Assembly: GCA_013166835.1 (NCBI GenBank)
Contig: JABLTI010000053.1
Location: forward strand, 1 to 26,084
Direction: 5' to 3'
Source: Promethearchaeati archaeon
Lineage (GTDB): Archaea > Asgardarchaeota > Heimdallarchaeia > JABLTI01
Length of the DNA stretch: 26,084 bases
Shown: piece after piece, positions 10,031 through 18,294 of the stretch
How positions within the stretch are numbered: position 1 is the first letter of the stretch
Layout: each line of letters begins with the position of its first letter
Notes under the pieces: model-generated
Databases searched by the model: none
Told to the model about the DNA's origin: nothing
What the model saw: the letters and a program-made list of their open reading frames with translations, nothing else
Translations under genes and position numbers: made by a program

Positions 10031-11153
10031 CTTTTTTAGCGATGTTTCTTGCAGCGTTAACATCAGCATTAATTACTAGAAAGCAGTTTTTACATACGAA
10101 TAAACCTCGATGTTTTCGATTGCTTCGTGAACAAGAAGTACAAATTGAACAAGTTTGAGAGGTGTACTCCTCAGAAATGAGGAGGACTTTGATTCCTTGT
10201 TCCTCCGCTTTGTACTGTATCATCCGAATAAGTTTGTAGAACGGCACTGAAGAGAATTTCTGGTTGTTTCTCCTATTCATTCGTATATTCTGCTTCCAGT
10301 TCTTGTTTCGTCCGATGACCAATGTTGTAATATTATTAGTTATGCAATGTCGAATAATCGTTCTAGATGCTTTGTGGAGCAGATCATGCAGTTGATTATA
10401 CCGCCATCGCATAAGCGCTTGTTTTCTATTACTATTCCTAAGTTCTTGTTTATTTAGCTGTGCTTGAAATTTTGCCATTCGTTTGTTGAAAAACTGGTTT
10501 ATACTTTTAACAACACCGCCCTTGATGAGTAATCCATCTGACGTGGCTACGAGGTTGTTAATACCTAAATCCAATCCAAGAACTTTTTCTACCTCTCTTT
10601 CCATTATTAGTTTTGCTTCCTTTTCATAGACTAATTCCAATAGGTACTTATCATAGAAGGATTTCAAACGAACAATGGCATGATTCGCTTCGGTGATAGG
10701 TAGTTTCTCAATTGGCACTGCTGGAAAACCTAACTTCATTAATCGTTCTGTTATTCTAACTGTTCCTGTTTTAATCCTCACTTGCTGAGATGCCCAGACA
10801 ACAACATACTTCCCGTTTTTTGGTTGGTACCCAGGAATCCTTGGACGGGCAAAATACTTGTCTGGGTTAATGAACCAGTCTTTTATTGCTGCAGTATATC
10901 CTTTCCATGCATTACTAACCATTAACAATAGTTGTTGTGGAGTTTGAGCTCCTGCTAGAGCTTTGAGTTTAAGGTATTCCTCTTTTCCTTTCATTTTGTT
11001 CCATAACGAGTAGTATCGTACTATCTTCCCTGTTTTAAAGAAAGTTTGGCGAACTAAGTAAGTAGCTGAATTATAGAGGTTTTTAGCTAGCACTGTAAGA
11101 TCCTCGAAAAGCTTCTTTGCTGGCAATTGTATTCGGACTACTCGTTTGACCAT
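9960..11153 (-). CDS. tnpB: RNA-guided endonuclease TnpB with a rearranged RuvC-II
   Basis: AKNLYN N-terminus. RuvC-I GLDLGINNL (D195). RuvC-II strand LVIG (G281) with a downstream ISEEYTS (E328). Zn finger CSIC...CKNC. RuvC-III INADVNAARNI (D364). Tail GDSGCVAQP. Confidence 0.93.
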   Translation of the reverse strand: MVKRVVRIQLPAKKLFEDLTVLAKNLYNSATYLVRQTFFKTGKIVRYYSLWNKMKGKEEYLKLKALAGAQTPQQLLLMVSNAWKGYTAAIKDWFINPDKYFARPRIPGYQPKNGKYVVVWASQQVRIKTGTVRITERLMKLGFPAVPIEKLPITEANHAIVRLKSFYDKYLLELVYEKEAKLIMEREVEKVLGLDLGINNLVATSDGLLIKGGVVKSINQFFNKRMAKFQAQLNKQELRNSNRKQALMRWRYNQLHDLLHKASRTIIRHCITNNITTLVIGRNKNWKQNIRMNRRNNQKFSSVPFYKLIRMIQYKAEEQGIKVLLISEEYTSQTCSICTSCSRSNRKHRGLFVCKNCFLVINADVNAARNIAKKAFPEFERIGDSGCVAQPTKIVTL

Positions 11154-11168
11154 TTTTCTTCAATAAAT

Positions 11169-11190
11169 TATATATACAGCTAGATATATA
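11169..11190. promoter_or_regulatory. Imperfect palindrome just upstream of tnpB (possible element left-end or promoter structure)
   Basis: tatatatacag|ctagatatata: 9 of 11 positions pair. The sequence is AT-rich, so this is only weak evidence. Confidence 0.3.
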
Positions 11191-11337
11191 GTATTTTTAT
11201 AAAGAGTATGCCGAAAGTAATAAACATTTAACTAAAAGAATAATTAATTAAATAGCTTAATGTACAGCTTTTCAAAGGTGTCTTTAAGAAAGAAAATACC
11301 AATACTATATCGATTAAATCGGTTAGAGAGATAAACC

Positions 11338-12897
11338 TTGTCAAATCCACTTACTTGGATAAATGATCCATTATTGTTTGATGAAGAACCATTACAAGTT
11401 AATCTATGGTTAAATGCTAATGAATTATTACAACAAAAACGCAGCAAGGATATCTTTCTCTCAGATGGTCAACACCTAAATCTCTATCCAATAATGGTTC
11501 GTAAAAATGATTTTATACGGAAAAAGACTTCTGATCGAGTCATGGCTAGGTTTCCGTTCCTGGTTATAAATGAAGAAACTCAAGAACAGATAATAAGCAA
11601 AATCCTCCTGATCTCCGAAGTTTCTAGAGACTACTTCTACAAGTCTATTAATAAATCAATCTTACAATGGAAAGGGGATATTCTGAAATATTTGAATAAG
11701 GGAACTCTCCCGTATCCAATAGCGAGATGTTGCTTCGAATTAGTACCAAATTTACACGCTCCAATTAATAATACCTCTTTTCGCTTTACTAGTGCTCGCG
11801 GCGAACCATTCAAGATGCCTACAAAACTCAACAAAGAGTTAGCTTATCTTGCTGGCATGGTCAACGGGGATGGTAATCTCCAAAAATACACTTTGCGAAT
11901 CGTCGATTACTCGATTAAAAATATCAAGCAACTACAAGTAATGTTCCAAAACTACTTTGATCAAACAGGAAATATTATCTTCAAAACACCAAATGCCCCG
12001 GAAGTGGTGATAACCAATCTCTGGGTAGTAAGATTATTCTCATTTTTAACTGGACATCCAATTGGTATGAGAAAATATGATCATTTAAGAGAGCCTTTCA
12101 TCTTCAAGCAAGAACCTTATCGTTCTTATTACTGGTCTGGAGTGATGGATGCAGATGGGAGTTATAAAAATGGGAAAGTATCTTTTGTTAGTGCTTCAAA
12201 GACATTTGCTAAAGATTTTCTACATTACTTGGAAAGTAATAAAATCAAAGGCACTTACACAGAAAGGGAAGATATCGCAGGTGTTGTTTATATTCCAAGT
12301 GTATATCATGATGAACTAAAAGAACTTCTAGTGTGTTTACATCCAGAAAAATCGTTAGATTTTCAAACAATATCCCACGGACACAAAAAGAAAATTGCTC
12401 ATTTCGTGGGATATAAAAATTCATCACAAATTAATGGATTCTTCGATTTTCGATTAATAAATAACTTGAGCATAAGTGGATTAGGTGATTTAATACGTAA
12501 ACTTAGAGGTAATTTAACAAGAAGAGAGTTTGCTAAAAAATGCCATTTAAATGAAAATATCTTACATGCAATTGAAAATGGAAAAATGAGCATAAATATT
12601 CAACATCTAGATGGTATCTTAACAACACACAACATACAACTAATGCCATATCTTTCCCAACAAGAATCAATTCGCTATCATATACGTGCATCTGAAAGAG
12701 TAAAAATAGATACTGAACCAAATGATTATCTAACCTCTCTTTTGAAGCCACTAACCTATCACAAACATAATGTTATCATACCAGAATTTGAAATACAACG
12801 AAAAATAGAAAATCACTTTGATGTTATTCTGAAAGACAATAGAATTAGAAACAAAGTTTTGCTTAAGTATCTGGACTTGTTTATAGAAATGCAATAG
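11338..12897 (+). CDS. Free-standing double-motif LAGLIDADG endonuclease with a C-terminal XRE-type HTH
   Basis: LAYLAGMVNGDGNL and YYWSGVMDADGSY motifs. HTH LGDLIRKLRGNLTRREFAKKCHLNENILHAIENGK. No intein N- or C-terminal splice motifs seen. Confidence 0.85.
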   Translation: MSNPLTWINDPLLFDEEPLQVNLWLNANELLQQKRSKDIFLSDGQHLNLYPIMVRKNDFIRKKTSDRVMARFPFLVINEETQEQIISKILLISEVSRDYFYKSINKSILQWKGDILKYLNKGTLPYPIARCCFELVPNLHAPINNTSFRFTSARGEPFKMPTKLNKELAYLAGMVNGDGNLQKYTLRIVDYSIKNIKQLQVMFQNYFDQTGNIIFKTPNAPEVVITNLWVVRLFSFLTGHPIGMRKYDHLREPFIFKQEPYRSYYWSGVMDADGSYKNGKVSFVSASKTFAKDFLHYLESNKIKGTYTEREDIAGVVYIPSVYHDELKELLVCLHPEKSLDFQTISHGHKKKIAHFVGYKNSSQINGFFDFRLINNLSISGLGDLIRKLRGNLTRREFAKKCHLNENILHAIENGKMSINIQHLDGILTTHNIQLMPYLSQQESIRYHIRASERVKIDTEPNDYLTSLLKPLTYHKHNVIIPEFEIQRKIENHFDVILKDNRIRNKVLLKYLDLFIEMQ

Positions 12898-12958
12898 TTC
12901 TTTTTCTAATTTAATAAAAAGCATTTTTGTAAAGCAATAATGTTCCTTAAATGTACAA

Positions 12959-13150
12959 GAGGGGTATTTCGAGGCATTTAGAGGGTTTAAAATCATATTT
13001 TTACTATTTTAAAGCAACTAGAATTCATCCTCGATTTTAGGTTTCAGACTTTTTTTCGAGTAAATCATATTTCTGGATTTGTGTTTTTTCCCTTGTAGTT
13101 TTTGGAATTTTTTTCGTGTAATTTTATCACTTTTTGGAGTTTTTTTCCAG
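12959..13150. repeat. Degenerate direct repeats upstream of the Cas1-like operon
   Basis: tttttggaatttttttc (13099-13115) matches tttttggagtttttttc (13131-13147) at 16/17. Related copies lie near 13041 and 13070, giving a period of ~29-32 bp. aaatcatattt occurs twice (12990-13000, 13062-13072). GAGG...TTT occurs three times (12959, 12971, 12981). Confidence 0.45.
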
Positions 13151-13193
13151 TTAGAAGTTTAAATAGTATTTCTGTCGAGATAGTGGGTAGGAG

Positions 13194-13952
13194 ATGTTTA
13201 CATTGACTGAGCATCCACTGATTCTTAATCCAGGAACGGAGTTTTCTCTACCAACATTTAACTCTAAAGTTAAATTCTCTGTCGTTTTGGAAGAGGTGCT
13301 GTATACCTTATTGACTTTCTTCTTCCTTAGCGGTAATCTGAAACTAACAAATGTGGTAAATGACCTAATCAATGTGCTCGATCGATCTGACAGAGCCATT
13401 GGTGATGCTTTGAAAACCTTGAAGCAACTGGATTTAATTTCTTATTACCAAGATGGCAGATATAAAACAGTTGAGCTACATTTAGAGAATAAGTTTCTTA
13501 AAAGCGCCATTGCAAGATTCTTTGGTGTATCTGGTTTTACGAAAACAAAATGCCAGAAATTGAAGCGAATGCTAATTGGTTTTTATCCCATTCTTGATCT
13601 TAAAAAAACAATGCCTATGTTTCGAGACGAAACAAAGCGTTTAGATGACTTAATACATGAGCACAAATACCTGTTTGATTGGATACAAAAAGTTGAGGAA
13701 TTAGAAGGATTAGCCAAAACCACTAATTCTATTGAGGATTTTCCGGATGGAAATCCGATTTTATCATTTATTGATCAATTAGTGAGTGCCATAAATTTTC
13801 AGCAATCAATTCAAACTGAAGATCTCTCTGGTTTAAAAGTAACAGAAATTGTATCTGAAATTCTTGAGAAGTTTAAAGAAATCCCTCCATGGTTAGATAC
13901 CGCTGTAATTGGTGGGTCTAATCCTTGGATTATCTTAGAGGATGACTTGTAA
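13194..13952 (+). CDS. Winged-helix protein A of the Cas1-like operon
   Basis: wHTH-like segment LTNVVNDLINVLDRSDRAIGDALKTLKQLDLISYYQDGRYKTVEL. Preceded by AGGAG. Its stop overlaps the next start (TAATG at 13950-13954). Confidence 0.7.
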   Translation: MFTLTEHPLILNPGTEFSLPTFNSKVKFSVVLEEVLYTLLTFFFLSGNLKLTNVVNDLINVLDRSDRAIGDALKTLKQLDLISYYQDGRYKTVELHLENKFLKSAIARFFGVSGFTKTKCQKLKRMLIGFYPILDLKKTMPMFRDETKRLDDLIHEHKYLFDWIQKVEELEGLAKTTNSIEDFPDGNPILSFIDQLVSAINFQQSIQTEDLSGLKVTEIVSEILEKFKEIPPWLDTAVIGGSNPWIILEDDL

Positions 13953-15958
13953 TGCGATTTGCGAAGAATGAGCTAAAAGAACGAGTGTATTCGCTTTTTA
14001 CTCAACAAGAAGAAGGTTTTGATGGTTTTACATGTAGTGAAGTAGCTGAAATCATTAAGAAAAAATCTAAAGATCTCAACCAAGTGCTGAAAGGTTTAAC
14101 TGATTCCGGCAAATTATCTCGAGAGAAAACTAAGAAAGGTGTTAAGCAAAAAATCTATAATTATAATTTACCAATCGCAGAAAAAATAGTCGAAAAGAAA
14201 AATAAGAAGAAAAACAAGAAGAAGATATGTAACAAGTGTCAAAGATATTCAGGATTAGAAAAATGTATTCTGCTGAAACTTGTCCATGAAGTAACTCCTT
14301 GGGCATTACGGGGAGAGCTAAAGGAACGATTTGAAGCAATAAGTTTAGATGGCGTAACTGGTTGCAACTACTTTGATCCAAGAAATTCCGGGCAGTGTAA
14401 GAGTAAAACCATGAAGGTGTTTATCGAGAAAAATACCGACAGCATTACTTTTGAGTTTCGGTGTCCCATTAAACGATGTAAGAAAATTATTGATGAACTT
14501 AGTATGTCGCTTCAAAGAAAGAATATCGGAGCAAATACCCTTTATTGCCCTCATTGTGGTTCCCCGATTAAATTTGGTTTTAATCAAGGTTTAAATCGCT
14601 ATCAAGTTCGATTTTGGGATAGTCGGTTTGATATTTTACAGAGAGATTATGAGAGACTCACAGGAATGAAGCTAAAAAGTAGATACGTTGAGGACCGTTC
14701 TCATGGGTTCTCAATTGTGAAAGAAGGAAGTTTTTACTTGGATTTTGACGAAGAAGCAATCTATGTAGGTAATGAACTATCTCCTGTTGACTTTAAAGAC
14801 TCAAAGGATCTTGCGTATTATTCTCTCAAACAATTGAATTATATTGCTGTGAAACACGAAGAGGATTATTTATACCTCAAACAGAAGCTCCATGATTTTG
14901 ATGGTACATCCGGGGGTGCTCTGTATCCCAAACTTAATCTCATACATTCTAAGAGTGTTATTGAAAGTGTTGATCCGACTCTGAAAGAGATAGGGGGGAA
15001 CGAGATTCTAATTGCTACTGGAGCAACTTTTTATCCTATGTTTTATTGCAACATACTTAATCGTAGAGCTGCTCTTGAGAAGAAATTAACTGACATGGTG
15101 GAAGGAGATCTTAAACAGGATTTCAACGTTGCATTAAAGCTCTTTGACAGGGATATCAAGAAATATTCTGCTCCTTGGCAATTGTCTTACTTAGAATGGC
15201 AGCGATTAGAAGGTGGGTTTGGAAGTGTAATGCATGTACCATTCAAAAAAGAAGCCGAGAAATATGGTTTCGATAACATCTCTCGCGAAAAAGCTCGAAA
15301 AGTCCGGGGAGAACATTATATGAAATATGGGTTATTCACAGCACGAACAAAAAAAGCGTGTTTAGAAAATGGTGTAAACAAGGTAACTGACAACTATATC
15401 AAGGAAGAAATTTATAATGTTCAATTTGTTCCTTGGGATGGCTTACGAGGATGGTGTCACAGAAGATATCCTTTTGGGCTCTTTCTGGATAATATTGAGA
15501 CACCAAGAACGGTTACACCAATTTGGGTAAATGAAGTAATAAGAAACGAAGAAATAACCCCTGCTGATTTTGAAACAGACCGTGGGAAACGATTTGAGGA
15601 TTTCTATCTTATAGAACAAAACTCTCATGCACATGAAGTTGTTAAACGCGTGAGTAAACAGATTTTGCAAACAAAAGTTACTCTGACAACTGGTGAGGAT
15701 ACAACCATTAAGAGAATGATAAACCGGGATGTCTCACAAATCAAGAGAATGCTCAATCGCCTACCAAATTTTACAGTTGATTTGTTTCTTGAGAAAAAGA
15801 AGAACAGTCAAGTTAAGACTATTTGGAAGAAATTAGAAGAAACAAATAATAGTGCTTTCTTAACAACTAAGGAATTTCGATTGCTTCAGAAGCATGTTCG
15901 AAAATTCTTCAAAGAAGAGTTTTCCTTTGCTCCAAGTACTATATCTAGGATAATGTAA
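13952..15958 (+). CDS. Highly diverged Cas1-like integrase fused to an N-terminal wHTH and two Cys4 metal-binding modules
   Basis: wHTH in aa 1-75. Cys sets C93/96/105/138 and C171/176/199/202. Beta-rich segment FSIVKEGSFYLDFDEEAIYVG..YSLKQLNYIAV resembles the Cas1 N-domain. Catalytic-like motifs in Cas1 order: RLEGG (E420), GF..SR, CLENG, GWCH (H503), LFLDNIETPR (D513/E516), ITPADF. Confidence 0.72.
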   Translation: MRFAKNELKERVYSLFTQQEEGFDGFTCSEVAEIIKKKSKDLNQVLKGLTDSGKLSREKTKKGVKQKIYNYNLPIAEKIVEKKNKKKNKKKICNKCQRYSGLEKCILLKLVHEVTPWALRGELKERFEAISLDGVTGCNYFDPRNSGQCKSKTMKVFIEKNTDSITFEFRCPIKRCKKIIDELSMSLQRKNIGANTLYCPHCGSPIKFGFNQGLNRYQVRFWDSRFDILQRDYERLTGMKLKSRYVEDRSHGFSIVKEGSFYLDFDEEAIYVGNELSPVDFKDSKDLAYYSLKQLNYIAVKHEEDYLYLKQKLHDFDGTSGGALYPKLNLIHSKSVIESVDPTLKEIGGNEILIATGATFYPMFYCNILNRRAALEKKLTDMVEGDLKQDFNVALKLFDRDIKKYSAPWQLSYLEWQRLEGGFGSVMHVPFKKEAEKYGFDNISREKARKVRGEHYMKYGLFTARTKKACLENGVNKVTDNYIKEEIYNVQFVPWDGLRGWCHRRYPFGLFLDNIETPRTVTPIWVNEVIRNEEITPADFETDRGKRFEDFYLIEQNSHAHEVVKRVSKQILQTKVTLTTGEDTTIKRMINRDVSQIKRMLNRLPNFTVDLFLEKKKNSQVKTIWKKLEETNNSAFLTTKEFRLLQKHVRKFFKEEFSFAPSTISRIM

Positions 15959-15965
15959 GGATGAT

Positions 15966-16661
15966 ATGAAAATGACAAAGAAGAAAAAGAAAACGAATAA
16001 TGGTATTGATCCATTAGTCAATCTAGTTATGGTTGTTTCCCATGTTTTAGTTGACAATGATTTTCGGATTCGAAAGAAGACGAATAGAAAACTGTACTAT
16101 TCAGCTCTAAAGGAAACAGTAGCTAAGGGATTTATTCGGACACATGGATTTGTTAACAATTGGTTGTTGGAGTTATTTGAACTTGGAGAGATTTCTCCGG
16201 TAACTTTTCATGATATTATGAAAAAACTACCTTGGTCTTGGGATAAGACTCGTGAGTATTTTGATTCATTAGAAGAAATTGATATTTTACAGTATTCAAG
16301 AGATTCTTGTGGAAGGAAAACATGCACACTTGTTACTGACGGTAAGAATAGAGCAAGACAAGTTGAAAATCTGATTTGTTTTTACAAAAAAAGTGAAGAA
16401 CACTCTCAAATACCTTTTACTGATGTACGAAGGGATTACTTGGATTATTATGGAAAATTGTATGAGTGGCTTAGTAAAAAGACTGAAACAGGAAAAATGT
16501 CTTCAAAGGTTACACAAGCAGCAAGCAACAAAACTGACAAATTCATCTGGGATTTAGTTAAGATCATAGGTAAAGCAAAGAAAAATGGGTTGGAATCTGA
16601 TCTATTGCAGTTCCTGAAGGAAAATCCATTGTTAATATATTCTTTAGAGAGGATTGGTTAA
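15966..16661 (+). CDS. Winged-helix protein B, apparent distant paralog of 13194-13952
   Basis: wHTH-like segment FHDIMKKLPWSWDKTREYFDSLEEIDILQYSRDSCGRKTCTL. Shares C-terminal motifs with protein A (LICFY/LIGFY, LYEWLSK/LFDWIQK). Confidence 0.65.
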   Translation: MKMTKKKKKTNNGIDPLVNLVMVVSHVLVDNDFRIRKKTNRKLYYSALKETVAKGFIRTHGFVNNWLLELFELGEISPVTFHDIMKKLPWSWDKTREYFDSLEEIDILQYSRDSCGRKTCTLVTDGKNRARQVENLICFYKKSEEHSQIPFTDVRRDYLDYYGKLYEWLSKKTETGKMSSKVTQAASNKTDKFIWDLVKIIGKAKKNGLESDLLQFLKENPLLIYSLERIG

Positions 16662-16663
16662 TT

Positions 16664-17422
16664 TTGGTAGTAATGGATTATGAACTAAATCTTAGTGCCA
16701 CAGAGTTTCTCTATTTTCTGGATTGCCCACAGAAATTCAGGCTTTACCGTATTCTCAATCCTTTACCAAACAAGGATGAATTCATGAATAGTAGAAGCAG
16801 AACTTTAGCTCATTACAAAAAGAGAGGATATAAAGGTAAGAAAAATAAGGGAATTGAATATCACCATTTCTTTGAAACTTTTCATAAGGAATATGCAAGG
16901 TTCATCATTAATCCAATTCCTCCATTAGAAATACAAGAGGATAATGTGATGTTGCTTTATTGGGTTATTCAGCAAGAAAAGTACTTTGAAACAAAAGAGG
17001 ACTGTTACTGGTATCCATTCGGAAGAGAAGTTCGATTAATGACTGAAAAACAACGAGGAAAAATTGATTGTATTGAGCTTTGTGAGGACAAAAATGGTTT
17101 AAGAATAATTGATTACAAACCAACTCCTGAACCTAATGATCAGCTAACATTGCTGTTCTATGCGAAATTGCTTAATGATTATCGCTTCGAGGATACTGAA
17201 GATGAGAGATTTGATTATGAAGTTTTAGAAATTGGTTGCTATTATTATGAAATGGGTGTAAAGAAAGTCTATGGTTTAACAGAAGAAAACAGACAATCAT
17301 TTGAAAGGATTCTAATGGATACACAAGGAAAAATATCGAATAATGAATTCTTCTTGAATAAAAGCTCTTGTTGTAATTGTAACTTTAAGACGATTTGTAA
17401 GATTGAAATAAGTCAAAGCTAA
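16664..17422 (+). CDS. Cas4-like / AddB-type PD-(D/E)XK nuclease with an Fe-S cluster
   Basis: LSATEF..FLDCPQK (first Cys), GIEYH, EVRL, GKID, IIDYK, Q....FY and C-terminal C.NCNFKTIC. A likely ATG start is at 16673. Confidence 0.85.
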   Translation: MVVMDYELNLSATEFLYFLDCPQKFRLYRILNPLPNKDEFMNSRSRTLAHYKKRGYKGKKNKGIEYHHFFETFHKEYARFIINPIPPLEIQEDNVMLLYWVIQQEKYFETKEDCYWYPFGREVRLMTEKQRGKIDCIELCEDKNGLRIIDYKPTPEPNDQLTLLFYAKLLNDYRFEDTEDERFDYEVLEIGCYYYEMGVKKVYGLTEENRQSFERILMDTQGKISNNEFFLNKSSCCNCNFKTICKIEISQS

Positions 17423-17457
17423 AAATTTCCTTGTGAGAATCATAAAATTAGAATAAC

Positions 17458-18240
17458 TTAAACCATTTTTCTGCAAATTAAAATACCTGTTATAATCCTT
17501 ATTAAATATAGCATTATTACTTTCTTTCCTAGCTCACTTATTTCTATAAATGAAGGATCAGGTCTGTTTCTTCTATCATAATAATATAAACAATCTTCTT
17601 CTTCATCAATATAATAATCTTGATGAACAATAGCATTCCTTAAATTAGCATCAAGAAAATCCATTATAGGATTTAGTGTTTTTAAAATCTTATCTTTTTC
17701 AAAATAATCTTTAAGTGACTTAATATAGAACCAATTTCCATAATTTTCTGTATTTTCACGAACTAGTTGTTTATTCAATAGATTTTTATAAACAGGCTTA
17801 ACAAAAAGAGAAAATTGAGTTTCCCATTCTCTCACATAAGCATTTAGTAAAGTAAAGTTTGGTATCTTAAAGAGTTCTAATTGTTCTTTTTCCTCTTTAG
17901 TTATTTTAATATTTGAGAAATCAAGAAACCTAATTTGAATTTGAATTAATGGTCCTAAGAATTGTATTGTCTCAATAGCGAAATATAAGAGTCTATTCTT
18001 TCGTACTTCATCTGAAAGGTTTTCTCCTAAAGCAAAAATAGGGATATTTTCAGCGATACTATCTAGTTTCTCAAAAGCTTCTAAAAGATCTTTTTTCTTT
18101 AGAGAATCAATAAAAGGTTCTGTTTTTTGATTTATATATTGACACAATTTCTTAGGATCATCAATAGAATCAGAACCAAAAAATGATTTCATCTCCTCTA
18201 ATAATGTATCTTCATATCCTTGATTTTTCATTTTGAACAA
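17458..18240 (-). CDS. Helical protein with a HEPN-like RxxxxH motif (possible RNase or toxin)
   Basis: NLRNAIVHQDY (R-N-A-I-V-H) near the C-terminus of an alpha-helical protein. The gene is very AT-rich. Confidence 0.55.
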   Translation of the reverse strand: MFKMKNQGYEDTLLEEMKSFFGSDSIDDPKKLCQYINQKTEPFIDSLKKKDLLEAFEKLDSIAENIPIFALGENLSDEVRKNRLLYFAIETIQFLGPLIQIQIRFLDFSNIKITKEEKEQLELFKIPNFTLLNAYVREWETQFSLFVKPVYKNLLNKQLVRENTENYGNWFYIKSLKDYFEKDKILKTLNPIMDFLDANLRNAIVHQDYYIDEEEDCLYYYDRRNRPDPSFIEISELGKKVIMLYLIRIITGILICRKMV

Positions 18241-18294
18241 GTACAGAAGAAGAAGGTAAGATTAATAAAGATATATAATTGATTCCTGGATCAC

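Larger units (their letters stand above)
9890..11200 (-). mobile_element. Non-autonomous IS200/IS605/IS607-type (IS1341-like) element, tnpB only; ends approximate
   Basis: tnpB has no adjacent Y1 or serine transposase. There are 3' hairpins and an imperfect palindrome upstream of the start. Confidence 0.65.
12959..17422 (+). mobile_element. Putative Cas1-based mobile or defence module (boundaries not established)
   Basis: Four translationally coupled genes (gaps -1, 7 and 2 nt) including Cas1-like and Cas4-like genes, set within an accessory island. No TIR or TSD identified. Confidence 0.45.

Noticed and set aside
11255-12959. Direct repeat ttaa(a)tgtaca flanking the LAGLIDADG gene as a possible TSD
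   Set aside because: Short, imperfect and AT-rich, so expected by chance.
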